From: a virus
Taxonomy: Duplodnaviria; Caudoviricetes
Strand: one strand, 5' to 3'
DNA length: 51,280 bases
Virus record (IMG/VR): IMGVR_UViG_3300032327_000957
Location: 1 to 51,280 of that record
In this document: piece by piece, positions 38,994 through 50,127 of the stretch
Layout of the letters: each line of letters begins with the position of its first letter
Position numbering within the stretch: the stretch's first letter is position 1
Program-made: the position numbers and the translations under genes
The notes under the pieces: model-generated
What the model was told of the DNA's origin: nothing
The model's input: the letters and a program-made list of their open reading frames with translations, nothing else
Database searches by the model: none

Positions 38994-40389
38994 ATTTTAA
39001 AGGGGCTTTGAAATAATATAACATCCACGAATCTCCACCTTTTGAATTATATACAAAATTACATGAATAGTTTTGTATATTGTCAGTTGACCATTTATGT
39101 CCATTTGAACCTGTAGGAATACCTGCGTTAAATATTTGGGTATGTCCATATATAGCATATGATTCACTAGATCCATCTAATCCATAATAAGCAACAACAT
39201 CTCCAATATCATAATCTTTTGATAAAAATGACTTAATCGTACTTTTATTAACAACCCCTATATTAGTTTGTACATATCCTAAAGCTTTTAAACTATTAAA
39301 ATAACCTTGATCTCTAGCATTACCACCAGCAGCTAAGTAAGCTCCTTCATGAGGTGTTTTACCTCTTAAAATATTAACATAATTATATGCAGTATTGTAG
39401 GTAAATCTTGAACATCTACCGTGCTTTTCACCTTTGGATAAAGTAGCAGCAACCGCATATTTTATGGCGTCTTTTTGAGTAAGTGAAGCTGTTCCTATGA
39501 ATGGTAATGTTCCAAATTCTGGACTAGCATATTTAGATGGATCATTTTTATCAATTGATGCTGGATTTTTTTCTAATTGCTCAGATGGGGTATATGAACT
39601 TTGAGGACTATAATCTGTTGGTTTTGTTGTTGTTAAAACTTCACCAACATTTGTTGTATAACTATCTCCAAATTGCTTGACATAAGGTCTTGCTTGGGAT
39701 AGTATTTGTTCGTTTTTTGCGGTTTTAACATGGTTTGATAAAAACTTATCTCTTAGATCTTTATACTGTTGTAAGCAATCTATAAAAGAAGGATTAGCAA
39801 TTACTGGTGCACCTAAGTTTCCTAAATAAGGACCACCATTAGAACCTAATAAATTATCAACTAAAGTATCAAACCAACTCATCCAAGTGTCACCTAATAC
39901 TGCACTTTCATCCGCATCTTTTGAGCCAAGAGTTATTACAGATTTAGGATCTCTTAAATTTAATAATATATTACCGTAAGGATCTAAATTAATATTAGTA
40001 TATTCATGGTCTATTTTTAAACCATCACTGTTAGTTCTATAGATTTGGGTAGAGTGATCTAAGAATATAGATTTAAAACTAGCATAATCATCTGCACTAA
40101 GGGCTTTCAATTTATTTTCTAAATTTATATTATAATGTTCTGCATAGATATATTCAGGTAACTTATCATCTCCATCTTGAAATACAACCGAAACAATCTT
40201 TCCTATATCAGGTACATTGTACTCATTTCCATTAAGATCTTTGAAAGGACTTGCCCAAGGAATATTTTCTTTGCTTAATTCATCATATACTTTTATTACT
40301 CTAGCTTTTACTCTACCAAATCTATTGGGATCATTATTGTTTTCAACAACCCCAACAAATATTTTATCTTTTAATTCTTCTCTTATCAT
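38992..40389 (-). CDS. Baseplate spike (gp5 OB-fold) with C-terminal Cys-His peptidoglycan amidase-like domain
   Basis: GVVENNNDPNRFGRVKARV...IPWA...VPDIG; C-terminal GRCSRF...YGHTQIF. Confidence 0.8.
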   Translation of the reverse strand: MIREELKDKIFVGVVENNNDPNRFGRVKARVIKVYDELSKENIPWASPFKDLNGNEYNVPDIGKIVSVVFQDGDDKLPEYIYAEHYNINLENKLKALSADDYASFKSIFLDHSTQIYRTNSDGLKIDHEYTNINLDPYGNILLNLRDPKSVITLGSKDADESAVLGDTWMSWFDTLVDNLLGSNGGPYLGNLGAPVIANPSFIDCLQQYKDLRDKFLSNHVKTAKNEQILSQARPYVKQFGDSYTTNVGEVLTTTKPTDYSPQSSYTPSEQLEKNPASIDKNDPSKYASPEFGTLPFIGTASLTQKDAIKYAVAATLSKGEKHGRCSRFTYNTAYNYVNILRGKTPHEGAYLAAGGNARDQGYFNSLKALGYVQTNIGVVNKSTIKSFLSKDYDIGDVVAYYGLDGSSESYAIYGHTQIFNAGIPTGSNGHKWSTDNIQNYSCNFVYNSKGGDSWMLYYFKAPLK

Positions 40390-40428
40390 AAATTATATAT
40401 TATATAAAATCTTTTCCTTATATAATAA

Positions 40429-42741
40429 TTATAGGTTAAGTCCTAAACTACCACCTAATGACAATCCTCCAGGTCCTAGTGATAAATTACCACCTAATGA
40501 TAATCCACCTATAGAAAATCCTCCATTTAGACTAAGACCAAATCTATCATAATATACATTATCATCTCCTAGATTAATATAAGCAGATCCACTTAAAAAA
40601 GGAGAATTAAATCCAAATCCTATAATAGGTATTATATCAGGTAATAAAAATACATTTTCAGCATATATAGAATTTCTGGTATTAGTGTTTGCTAAAACTC
40701 TAACATCTTGTCCATATGTTCCTTTTACAATAACATTGTCTATTGTGCTATTAGCTATATATTGACCAAATGGATTTGTATTATAAATATCAGTTTCATT
40801 ATAAACTGAACTATATACATTTGTGTTTACTTTTTGGTTACTATCTTTTGAATCTCCTGCTGCAATTTTTGAATTAAGATTACTAATCATACTTAGTTTT
40901 GAACTATCGTATAATTGTTTAATATCATCCTTCATTTTACTAGTTATATTAGGTTGAATTATAGTTGCAGATACAGTTGAACGAATTCTGCTTAATTCAA
41001 AATTAGCAATATCCATTTCATACGGTAATTTACCTCTTGGATTGTTTAAGGGGTTAGAAACTTTATCAGGTGTATTACCAAAATCACCTATTTTGCCTGA
41101 TATATTTCTTTTCCCATATGTATTAGCACTTGATCCACTGGAAATCCTTGAAGGACTATTCGAAGCGCCAATTGGAAATACCCCTCCATAAACGTTTAAT
41201 TTACCATTATCAATTGATTTTTCATTAAATTGTAAAGAATTAGGATTATTACCATCCCCTAATGTTATATTTTTAGGATTATATGTACTCATTTTAACAT
41301 TAGAATACTTATAAGTAAAAGAAATATTTACTCCTTCATCTAATGGTTTAATTGCAGACATATCTATAGAATCTCCGTGTGACATTTTATCAAAAACAAA
41401 CTGACATTCATATAAAAAATATGTATATTTATTAGGAATATCCGCTATAACTTTATCTCCTATAACCCTATTATAATGTCTAGTTTCACTAACTGTTATT
41501 TCTAAATCAAATCTTAATAAATTATCAGGTATCATTTTTTTACCACTTCTTCTAGACCAACTTAAAGTTTTATATAACATTATTAAAGCACCTGATGATA
41601 GGTTAGTATCTTCATTTAGTGTTAAAGTAATCATATCTGTTCCATAATTAATAAAATTATCTTTACCATCAAATCCATTCTTTTCTATTAATTTATCTAA
41701 TCCAGTTATTTTTTTCAAATAATATGGTGTTTTATTAAAATTATTACCTGTTCTACTATTTGTAAAATCTGATAAATCAGTTTTTGTATAAATATTATTA
41801 TTAATAATTTTGCTATACCAATTATCCATATCAGTAAAATTATTATTATAATCAACTCTTGTAGTTTTTCTTAATTCATCTCTAACTATTTCTAATTCAA
41901 ATAAAGAAAAGAAACTATAAAAAAATTGATAATATGTAATTAATCTTGTTTTTAAATCAGTCATTTTTGAATACTTATACAAAAAATCAGGTATAGCACC
42001 ATTAAAAAGAGGTGATGTTTGTGATACTATTGCTAATTGATACCCAAAAACAACAGGATCTTGATTATTAAGAGTTGTTTGATATTGGGCAAAATTTATA
42101 TTTGTTAATCTTCTATCATTCTTATCATTATCTATCGAAAAACCTCTAGTAAATGTATATTGAGGAGCTAATTTATTTATTATATGTTCATCAGGAAATT
42201 CTAAGTAATTATTACTTATATTTACATCTAAATCAGTTGCATTAGTATAAGAATATGGATTTTCTAAAGAACCTTCATGTCCAGGATATAATTTTAAATT
42301 ACCATTTGAACCTTTAAAAGCATAATTTTGAAATGGTTCATTAATCCAACCTCTTTCTTTCTCAAAACCTGTTTCAGATGACATTAAGTCAGTTTGATAA
42401 AAACCTTCCGGAGCCATAAATCCGGTTTCATCTGATCCACTTTTATCTTCATCATATAATCCTCCTGTATTAGCAGAATTATCATTATCAAAATATTTAC
42501 GCCAATTATTAATTTCAAAAATTGAACCATTTGTATCTCCATAAAATAAACCAGTTCTTTTAAATTTTTCTTGCAATTTAGGTACGCCAGCATTTGGCTT
42601 ACTTGCTTCAGCTATAACTGGATCAATTTTAGGATTTAAATCATGAGATGGCTGAGGATTTAATGTTTGTGCTGAAGCAGGTGGTATAGACATACCTCCA
42701 CTAATAGGTGCTGAAATTGGTGAAGTAACATTATCTGCCAT
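40429..42741 (-). CDS. Virion structural protein (baseplate/tail cluster)
   Basis: 770 aa within baseplate operon, TAATATATA upstream; Gly-Leu repeats at C-terminus. Confidence 0.5.
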   Translation of the reverse strand: MADNVTSPISAPISGGMSIPPASAQTLNPQPSHDLNPKIDPVIAEASKPNAGVPKLQEKFKRTGLFYGDTNGSIFEINNWRKYFDNDNSANTGGLYDEDKSGSDETGFMAPEGFYQTDLMSSETGFEKERGWINEPFQNYAFKGSNGNLKLYPGHEGSLENPYSYTNATDLDVNISNNYLEFPDEHIINKLAPQYTFTRGFSIDNDKNDRRLTNINFAQYQTTLNNQDPVVFGYQLAIVSQTSPLFNGAIPDFLYKYSKMTDLKTRLITYYQFFYSFFSLFELEIVRDELRKTTRVDYNNNFTDMDNWYSKIINNNIYTKTDLSDFTNSRTGNNFNKTPYYLKKITGLDKLIEKNGFDGKDNFINYGTDMITLTLNEDTNLSSGALIMLYKTLSWSRRSGKKMIPDNLLRFDLEITVSETRHYNRVIGDKVIADIPNKYTYFLYECQFVFDKMSHGDSIDMSAIKPLDEGVNISFTYKYSNVKMSTYNPKNITLGDGNNPNSLQFNEKSIDNGKLNVYGGVFPIGASNSPSRISSGSSANTYGKRNISGKIGDFGNTPDKVSNPLNNPRGKLPYEMDIANFELSRIRSTVSATIIQPNITSKMKDDIKQLYDSSKLSMISNLNSKIAAGDSKDSNQKVNTNVYSSVYNETDIYNTNPFGQYIANSTIDNVIVKGTYGQDVRVLANTNTRNSIYAENVFLLPDIIPIIGFGFNSPFLSGSAYINLGDDNVYYDRFGLSLNGGFSIGGLSLGGNLSLGPGGLSLGGSLGLNL

Positions 42742-42793
42742 ATTGATAAAACTTTTTTATTATATATTAAATAAAATACATTGCTATTAAATA

Positions 42794-45724
42794 TTATGCA
42801 TATTGAGGTCCAAAAACTTTATTTTTGATATTACCACCCCCCTGAGCTATAAGGTGATTTCCATAATTTATTCTATCTAATAAACATAGTCTAACAAGTT
42901 GATCGTAATTTTGCGTTTGTGTTAAATGTCTTAAATAACTATGTGCAAAATTTTTAAAAAAAGTATATCCATTATAACCAGCATATATAAAATGAAATCT
43001 TAATCTAGCGTCTTTTTCTAAAAATGTAATTTGTGATGAATTAAAATAAATTTTAGAATATTTTAAATACCTATTATACATAAAATTAAAAGAATACTTT
43101 TTAGCTAAAGGAGTAAAAGGACAATTATTAGGAGGATTATATTCCCAATTACAAGTCATAAAACTTACTTTTTGACCTGGCAAATTTGCTACTTTATAAG
43201 CATCTACTAAATTCCATAATTTATTAAAATTATCTTTATCTTCTTTACCACCATCATTATTACTTCTATCTATCCCATAAATAGTCTCACCACTATTATT
43301 AAATGATCCAATACCATTATATGGATTTCCTTTTGAATTTCTTGGTACTGGTCTTCTAAATTGGTTTGGAGGAAATGGAAGTCTTTTAGGGTCATATGTA
43401 CCTAATCCTAATGCTTGAATGTCTATTCTACAATCCCATGTATATCCACCTTCAATAAAATTAGAAATATAATAAAAAATATCTTCATTAGTTCCAGATG
43501 CTTTTAAATACTTACCATTAGTTGGGGGTACAATTGGGATATTATTTGCCCCTGCTTGAGTGTTAGAATAATCAACTAAAGCAGGTGATCCTGTAGTTTG
43601 TTCATTTGGTTCTGGATTTTGGGTATTCTCAGCTACTTCTTTTTTATAATTAGTATTTGTATTATTTTTTTCAGCTTCTAATTCCTCTTTAGATAATTCT
43701 AATTCTCTTTTTATTAAACGAAAATTTTGAATGAATGTATTATTAGAATATACATATTCTATACCAATCAATAACCATTCTCCACTTAATCTAGTATTAG
43801 TCATACTATCATCACCTCCCATAGGAGATTTATTACTTAATATAAGATTAACTTTTTGAAACTGATAAAGGTTAAAATTTGGATTGCTCATTTCAATATT
43901 AATCTCAATCTTACCTAAATCAGTTATATTCTTCCAATTATTTATTTTTGTATAGAAATAGTTATCATGCACATTTGATGTATCTAACTTACCTAAATAA
44001 TGATGATTTTGATTATTATTGACATTATCTGTTGAATTTGGATCACTAGGATCTCCCTTTAAAATAATCTTACTATTTTCATTCTTAGTTATGGAATCAA
44101 TTTTAAAACTAACTAATTGCTTTTTATTTCTATCATAAAAAGCAGTATTTTGTATATATCCCGTTTCTGCACTTATTTCAGCAGATCTATTTATTATCTT
44201 AAATTTAGAGAAGTAATTGTTTGATTGTAACATTGATTCGTCATTTGTTAAAACTAAAGGCTGAACATCTATTTTAGCACTATTATCATTTGCACTTTCT
44301 AATCCTGTTGTATTAATTCCATGTTGATCAGTTATATCTCTATCCATTTCTTTCTCTATATCAATATAGTTAAAGCATTGATAGTAATCAATATAACCTG
44401 CTAAAAAAGTTTTATCTGATATATAAGATCTTTCAACAATTGACTCAATAAAATCTAAAAATCTTTCCCCATTCTGTAACCAATTCATTGTATCATTTGA
44501 ATCAGTTATATTACTATTAAACCCAATACCTATATCAGTACATATTTGTTTAAGAGCTTTATAAGATGTAGAATCTGAGTAATTTTTATAACCTTTATTA
44601 TATAATTTAGATGATTGTAATATACCATCTATCATCATTGATCCATCATTATTATTAAAATTCATGATACTAAAATCTAATATTATAGATTTTAAATTAT
44701 TAGAACGAGAACTAATAAATATTTTAATTTTTGTATCATCTAATGGAAACCCTTTACTTTTTATTGTACCACTAGAATCTCTAAAATTAAGTTTTATACA
44801 AGGTATAAAACCATCATTATATAATGAGAAATAATCAATCGTTGAATTATCAATTAATAATGAATTATAGTAAATAACAGGAGAAAAACCTGAACCTCTT
44901 ATAAACTCACTTTGATAATCTGGATCATTCGGAGTTTGTATTTTTATATTTGTTGCTTGTTCGTCAGGTTTAGTTTCATTTACATTTGCTGTCTTATCTA
45001 CTTGGTTTTGAGGGTTAGTATCAGCACTATCAGGTAATGTATCCTGAGTTGTAGACTCAACAATAGGATCTACTGGTTTTTTTATAGTAATTGTTTGCGT
45101 ATATGTAGCCGATAAATTATCAGATGATAATGTAGTTAGTACTATATTATATGTACCTTCAGTTGTATATGTTTTATTAGGTTCTTTAAGAAAAGATTTT
45201 TCTCCATCCCCAAAATCATATTGATATTTTACACTGTTTTTTGACTCATCAACAATTTTTATATCAGTTGGAAATTTATTAGGATCGTAGTTTATTTTAA
45301 AGCTAGGAATAGGTGGATTTGGTTTAGGTATATCTTTAAGAGCTATTGTTATATGATAGTTATCATCTACTTCATTTGGTTTATTAACATGTCCAGTGCT
45401 AATGTTTGTAATAACAGAATATAAAGCATTGTATTTTTTATAATTATCTATTATACCATTAAATACTTTATTAACAAAATTCTGTATTGGCTCAGAATTT
45501 TGTTTATTATAAGTATCTAATTCTATAACTAATTGATAAGTCAATTCTGTAGTATCATCTGATGTTTTTCTAATTAATGACACATCAATAAATTTATCAT
45601 TATAAGTATCTAAATAATTCTCAATACTATTTAATAAATTAGTATTTCCTATTTTATACTCATTATAATCATTTACCGAACCTTTATAAACAAAACATTT
45701 TATATATATAACATAATAAACCAT
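42794..45724 (-). CDS. Baseplate hub-like protein with PKD domain and C-terminal GH108-like lysozyme domain
   Basis: YDFGDG...TYTTEGTYNIVLT (PKD); LSGEWLLIGIEY hub C-terminus; IEGGY...GETIYGIDR. Confidence 0.65.
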   Translation of the reverse strand: MVYYVIYIKCFVYKGSVNDYNEYKIGNTNLLNSIENYLDTYNDKFIDVSLIRKTSDDTTELTYQLVIELDTYNKQNSEPIQNFVNKVFNGIIDNYKKYNALYSVITNISTGHVNKPNEVDDNYHITIALKDIPKPNPPIPSFKINYDPNKFPTDIKIVDESKNSVKYQYDFGDGEKSFLKEPNKTYTTEGTYNIVLTTLSSDNLSATYTQTITIKKPVDPIVESTTQDTLPDSADTNPQNQVDKTANVNETKPDEQATNIKIQTPNDPDYQSEFIRGSGFSPVIYYNSLLIDNSTIDYFSLYNDGFIPCIKLNFRDSSGTIKSKGFPLDDTKIKIFISSRSNNLKSIILDFSIMNFNNNDGSMMIDGILQSSKLYNKGYKNYSDSTSYKALKQICTDIGIGFNSNITDSNDTMNWLQNGERFLDFIESIVERSYISDKTFLAGYIDYYQCFNYIDIEKEMDRDITDQHGINTTGLESANDNSAKIDVQPLVLTNDESMLQSNNYFSKFKIINRSAEISAETGYIQNTAFYDRNKKQLVSFKIDSITKNENSKIILKGDPSDPNSTDNVNNNQNHHYLGKLDTSNVHDNYFYTKINNWKNITDLGKIEINIEMSNPNFNLYQFQKVNLILSNKSPMGGDDSMTNTRLSGEWLLIGIEYVYSNNTFIQNFRLIKRELELSKEELEAEKNNTNTNYKKEVAENTQNPEPNEQTTGSPALVDYSNTQAGANNIPIVPPTNGKYLKASGTNEDIFYYISNFIEGGYTWDCRIDIQALGLGTYDPKRLPFPPNQFRRPVPRNSKGNPYNGIGSFNNSGETIYGIDRSNNDGGKEDKDNFNKLWNLVDAYKVANLPGQKVSFMTCNWEYNPPNNCPFTPLAKKYSFNFMYNRYLKYSKIYFNSSQITFLEKDARLRFHFIYAGYNGYTFFKNFAHSYLRHLTQTQNYDQLVRLCLLDRINYGNHLIAQGGGNIKNKVFGPQYA

Positions 45725-45729
45725 AGTAA

Positions 45730-46194
45730 TTAATTATTTCCTAATATTATTGTATTTCCACTAATTGCTGCTGGAGGTCCTCCTGCTTCATTAAATGTTG
45801 GTGGAAATGAGTACCCATTTGATACATAAACTTGCCTTGCTGGGTCAACTTGAGTTTTCTTATTTGTATTTAATAAACCTAAACTAACTGTATCTACTTT
45901 AGATACAGTTATTTCTATTGAATTTAATGTAGTTGGATTTATCCATTTAATATAATCTCCACTCATTAAATTTAATGGATTGTCAATATCATTTAAATTT
46001 AGTAAATAATCAACACTATCCACATTATTATATATAGCATAACTAACTAAATCAGCTCTCATTTCTTCTTCATCAGAAAGAACAAAATAAGTAGATGGTA
46101 AGTTAGGAACAAACTTAAGGTTATTTTGTGTTAAGTCATATAAATTCCCTTGCTTAAGGTCTCTTTTTAATAAATCTAAATCATTAATATTCAT
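45730..46194 (-). CDS. Baseplate wedge protein (gp53-like, LysM fold)
   Basis: EMRADLVSYAIY...LLNLNDIDNPLNLMSGD. Confidence 0.75.
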   Translation of the reverse strand: MNINDLDLLKRDLKQGNLYDLTQNNLKFVPNLPSTYFVLSDEEEMRADLVSYAIYNNVDSVDYLLNLNDIDNPLNLMSGDYIKWINPTTLNSIEITVSKVDTVSLGLLNTNKKTQVDPARQVYVSNGYSFPPTFNEAGGPPAAISGNTIILGNN

Positions 46195-46199
46195 TTTTA

Positions 46200-48182
46200 T
46201 TATTTATTTTTTTTACCACTATTTGGATCAACTTCAAAAAACTTCTTAGCAGGAGCACTAAGCGGTTTTGCTGGATTTGTGCCTACCATATTCCAAGTAA
46301 CTGTACCATTTAAGTCAGAACCTTTTGTATATGTTTTAAGCCATGTTTGTACACCTGTTGCTTCATCCACCGCAGTTATAGATTTATCAATATATTTCAA
46401 TCCTAAACCTGCCATTTTTGCTTTTATATCATTTACAATAGGGTCTAAGTTTTTAGCATCAGTATTAGAAGCTGCATTTAAGTTTGCTGCATTTGTCGCA
46501 TTTGCACCTATGATTTCTTCTGCTACAATTGTAGCATCGTTAGCTATTTTACTGCTATTTATTGTTAAGAAATCAATACCATTTTCATATCCTTTTGCTA
46601 CAGCATATGTTCTTTCTTTACCACAATTTAGTTTTTGAAATATTTCTTGACCTCCTAAATTTCTTGCACTTGTAAAATCAACATCTAATGTTATACTTGA
46701 TGGTAAGTCATTAAAAGATAATACATTACCTAAAGTCATTTTAACTTTATCTGCTATCATATCTCCTGACGAAAATATAGGGTGTTTTGGGTTTCCAATA
46801 GTTATATGCCAAGGTCCAGATGGTGTACCTGTTAATGAATTAATTACACCTATAATTTTAACTTTATATTTATTAATAATAGAACTTATACCTTTTGTTA
46901 TAGTATCTAATATTTTATTTCCAATAGCATTTAAACTAACATCCCCTTTAACTATAGCTGTTGCTGCTGATAATAATTGATTAGCCATAGTTTTTAAAGC
47001 TTCAACAATAGCAGTAACAAAATCTTTTATAGCACTTAATAATTGACTACCATCACCTGAACTTATTTTATCAACAAATTCTTTTAATTTGCCTCCTAAG
47101 TTTCCAGTAAAATTAAAAGAAGATACTGATGTACCAAATGTAAGAGCATTTGCTATTATAGAATAATATGCAAATGCAGGATCTATACCATACACATATT
47201 TTTGTTCATACTCAACTTTCATACTTACTTTAAATACTCCATTTACCCCATTAAAAGCATCTTTACCATCTCTTGCTACACTTCTTCTTTTAGATTGCCT
47301 AATTAAATTAGGATTACCTTGAGGTAGTGATGTATAATCCACTTTGGATTGTTCAGTACCTGCTAATTTATTTAAAACGTTATATTGAAAAACTTCTGTA
47401 AAACCAGGTAAAGGCACAATACCACCACCTGCGGCTAAAGCACTACCCCAATCGGTAGGGTTATCTGTTTTACTTATATTAGTTGTTAAATCTTTACCAA
47501 TTCCATTTAATATATCAACAAAACTAGCATCTGATTCTTCCCATTTTTCTGAAAAATCAATACTAATAAAATCTTCACCATCTTTAACCCATGATACTAA
47601 TTTAGAAATTGGTTTAGCATTTTTAGATACACTATTTGTTAAATCATCATAAATTCCAAATTGAAACCTTCTAGCAATAATTAATCTATTGTTTGTATAA
47701 ACCCCTAGATTTTTAAGAAAGATAAAATCCATTTCATTTAATTCAATAGATGAATTACCACTTTTTTTAGACCAATCTATTAAATCTAAGGTACTTATAT
47801 CATAAGTTGAATCATTATATGAATCAATAATCCTATTTTTATAAATATTTGAATCAAAACCATTTTCATTTATAGATTTAAACGGTATTATATTAGTGTT
47901 TTTAAATAAAGATTTAACACTCTCTAATTCATCAATATTACCACCTTGTTGAATTGTATATCCTTGATTAGTATTATCATATACAAACCCACCTAAAGGA
48001 GAACCTCCCATTAATGGAGATAATCTATCTCCGCTTTTTGGGTTTGCTTTTGGATTCTCTGCATCAACCTTGTTACCGTTTATATCTAATTTAAATTTCC
48101 TTTGATCAGGTGAACTAAATTCTACATTTGTATTTGGTTTAGGTGCTGATTTAGGAGCTGGTGTATTAGTAGGATTTGCCAT
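46200..48182 (-). CDS. Virion structural protein (baseplate/tail-tube initiator candidate)
   Basis: 660 aa upstream of gp53-like gene; PWHITIGNP...DLPS. Confidence 0.5.
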   Translation of the reverse strand: MANPTNTPAPKSAPKPNTNVEFSSPDQRKFKLDINGNKVDAENPKANPKSGDRLSPLMGGSPLGGFVYDNTNQGYTIQQGGNIDELESVKSLFKNTNIIPFKSINENGFDSNIYKNRIIDSYNDSTYDISTLDLIDWSKKSGNSSIELNEMDFIFLKNLGVYTNNRLIIARRFQFGIYDDLTNSVSKNAKPISKLVSWVKDGEDFISIDFSEKWEESDASFVDILNGIGKDLTTNISKTDNPTDWGSALAAGGGIVPLPGFTEVFQYNVLNKLAGTEQSKVDYTSLPQGNPNLIRQSKRRSVARDGKDAFNGVNGVFKVSMKVEYEQKYVYGIDPAFAYYSIIANALTFGTSVSSFNFTGNLGGKLKEFVDKISSGDGSQLLSAIKDFVTAIVEALKTMANQLLSAATAIVKGDVSLNAIGNKILDTITKGISSIINKYKVKIIGVINSLTGTPSGPWHITIGNPKHPIFSSGDMIADKVKMTLGNVLSFNDLPSSITLDVDFTSARNLGGQEIFQKLNCGKERTYAVAKGYENGIDFLTINSSKIANDATIVAEEIIGANATNAANLNAASNTDAKNLDPIVNDIKAKMAGLGLKYIDKSITAVDEATGVQTWLKTYTKGSDLNGTVTWNMVGTNPAKPLSAPAKKFFEVDPNSGKKNK

Positions 48183-48199
48183 TTTTATTTTTTTATTTT

Positions 48200-48589
48200 T
48201 TAATAATCTCTGATTATTTGTGAATTGGAAAACTTAGTTAAATTTCCTAAAGCATCCTGTAATAAATCATTATCTTTTCTAAACTCATTATAAAAAATAA
48301 GAATATTAAAGTCATTCTCATTTAGAATTTTTTTAATATTCAAAAGTTTCTCAATAGAAAAATCATGTTCAAAATCAGGAATATAATAAATATCTTTATT
48401 CTTTTCTATCGCTTGTTGTATTTTATTAAATACTAGTATTTTAAGATACGTCCTTTCTGAATCATAATCTAATCCTTCTTCTTCTGATATTTTTTTAATA
48501 TCTATGATATATTTATTCCTTATTTTATTTACTTTAACGTACTTTTGGAATTTTTTTATCTGTTTAACATATACTACAAAAAACTGCAT
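48200..48589 (-). CDS. Hypothetical protein
   Basis: 129-aa ORF preceded by TAATATATA (48613-48621, minus). Confidence 0.5.
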   Translation of the reverse strand: MQFFVVYVKQIKKFQKYVKVNKIRNKYIIDIKKISEEEGLDYDSERTYLKILVFNKIQQAIEKNKDIYYIPDFEHDFSIEKLLNIKKILNENDFNILIFYNEFRKDNDLLQDALGNLTKFSNSQIIRDY

Positions 48590-48689
48590 CTAATTAAATT
48601 ATTTTAATATATTATATATTAATAATAAACCTTTCTTATTTAAACTTTTTATTTTATTAAAATATAATATTTATAAAATAAAGAAAAAA

Positions 48690-49241
48690 ATGAGCAAATT
48701 AATCTGTATTGTAGGAGCTCCCAGCTCAGGTAAATCAACCTTAGCCGCATCTATTCACTACCAACTTAAAAAGAAAGGTCTTAATTCCATATTTGTTACC
48801 GAAGCAGCCACCGATTATATAGCCGAATGGGGTATACCAAATACACCAATAGATCAAATGGTTATTTTCTATAAACAACTAAATAGAGAAAAAATGTATT
48901 TAGGTTCTAAAGATTATATTATATGTGATTCTTCCTCTATATTAAACTACTTCTATTTTAGGTCCTTATATCCTAAGAAATTATCTAATAAAGATGTTGC
49001 TGCTATAAATCATTTACAAAAAGAAATTCTTAAAAATATAAATCAATGGTATAAAATATATTATATCCCACCCATTTTAGATAATGTTGAAGATGGAATA
49101 CGATTCCAAAACAAAGACGAAATAGCAAGATTGGATAATGTAATACGAGATTATTTAATTTTAGAAAATATAGATCATACTGATCTATCAGATATTAATA
49201 TAGATGAACGTTGTAAATACATTTTCAAAGATATTGTATAA
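48690..49241 (+). CDS. NadR/AAA_28-like P-loop nucleotide kinase
   Basis: GAPSSGKST, VTEAA, IICDS, EDGIR. Confidence 0.75.
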   Translation: MSKLICIVGAPSSGKSTLAASIHYQLKKKGLNSIFVTEAATDYIAEWGIPNTPIDQMVIFYKQLNREKMYLGSKDYIICDSSSILNYFYFRSLYPKKLSNKDVAAINHLQKEILKNINQWYKIYYIPPILDNVEDGIRFQNKDEIARLDNVIRDYLILENIDHTDLSDINIDERCKYIFKDIV

Positions 49242-50127
49242 TAATTTGTTCCTTAAATTCTTTGAAATCTTTATTTCTTTTTGAAGAATTTAAGGAACGT
49301 TTTGTTATACACAAATTACTTATACAACTTATCTCTTCAGCTTTAATTTCTTTGTAGAACCCTTCGTAAATAGATATTTTATGATCTATAGTTGGATATT
49401 TTTTGTTATCATAATTTAAATTTAAATAATCTTTTATATATTCTCTATCATAAAAATCATAACCATCCCAATCTTCATATAATTTATTTTTAACTCTTTT
49501 AGTTAATTTTCTTACTTCTTTTTTATAATTAGAAAACTCTATCAAATATTTATCATAAAATTTTTTGATTTCTTCATCTGAGTATCTTAATTTTGGGTCT
49601 TCTATATCGTTTTTAGTTGAAATAAAATTTAAATTAGTAAATTTTATACTACCACTATTTACAAAACCATTATTTATATTATTTCTTAGTTCCCAAAAAT
49701 TAGAAGTACCATATTTTTCTTCCATTATATTTTTTCTTAATTCTTTATTAGATTCTAATAATAAATTTGTTTTTACCCCATATTTATTTGTAAATTTTTC
49801 TGCCATTATTTCTTTTGCTTCTTTTAACTCCATCCAGTTATTAACCCCATAAATTTTTTGAGATGTTATCACGGCTTTCTGTCTAGAACATTTTTTACAA
49901 GAATAAAATCCATGATTATTTTTATTCTTGATATATTTTCCATATTGAATATAATTTTCACTACTACATATTTTACATATTGCAGTTATTTTTACATGTG
50001 AACTTAATGGTAAGTCATATATATTTATATCTAATTTTTCAAATATATTAGCATTATATCCTAGTTTTATATAATGATTTCTATTTACACTAGTTATATT
50101 TACTGATATGGTATTTTCTTTAATCAT
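49225..50127 (-). CDS. HNH homing endonuclease-like protein
   Basis: CxxC pairs, YGV/YGT repeats, C-terminal TIDHKISI...NLCITKRSLNSSK; start probably ATG 50127. Confidence 0.75.
   Translation of the reverse strand: MIKENTISVNITSVNRNHYIKLGYNANIFEKLDINIYDLPLSSHVKITAICKICSSENYIQYGKYIKNKNNHGFYSCKKCSRQKAVITSQKIYGVNNWMELKEAKEIMAEKFTNKYGVKTNLLLESNKELRKNIMEEKYGTSNFWELRNNINNGFVNSGSIKFTNLNFISTKNDIEDPKLRYSDEEIKKFYDKYLIEFSNYKKEVRKLTKRVKNKLYEDWDGYDFYDREYIKDYLNLNYDNKKYPTIDHKISIYEGFYKEIKAEEISCISNLCITKRSLNSSKRNKDFKEFKEQIIIQYL

Noticed and set aside
539-49852. Short overlapping ORFs from the track (e.g. 539-784, 1599-1826, 6572-6901, 14624-14854, 18264-18467, 21057-21440, 24728-25018, 40217-40552, 46279-46638, 49565-49852)
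   Set aside because: Antisense or alternate-frame shadows of well-supported genes, with no motifs of their own.
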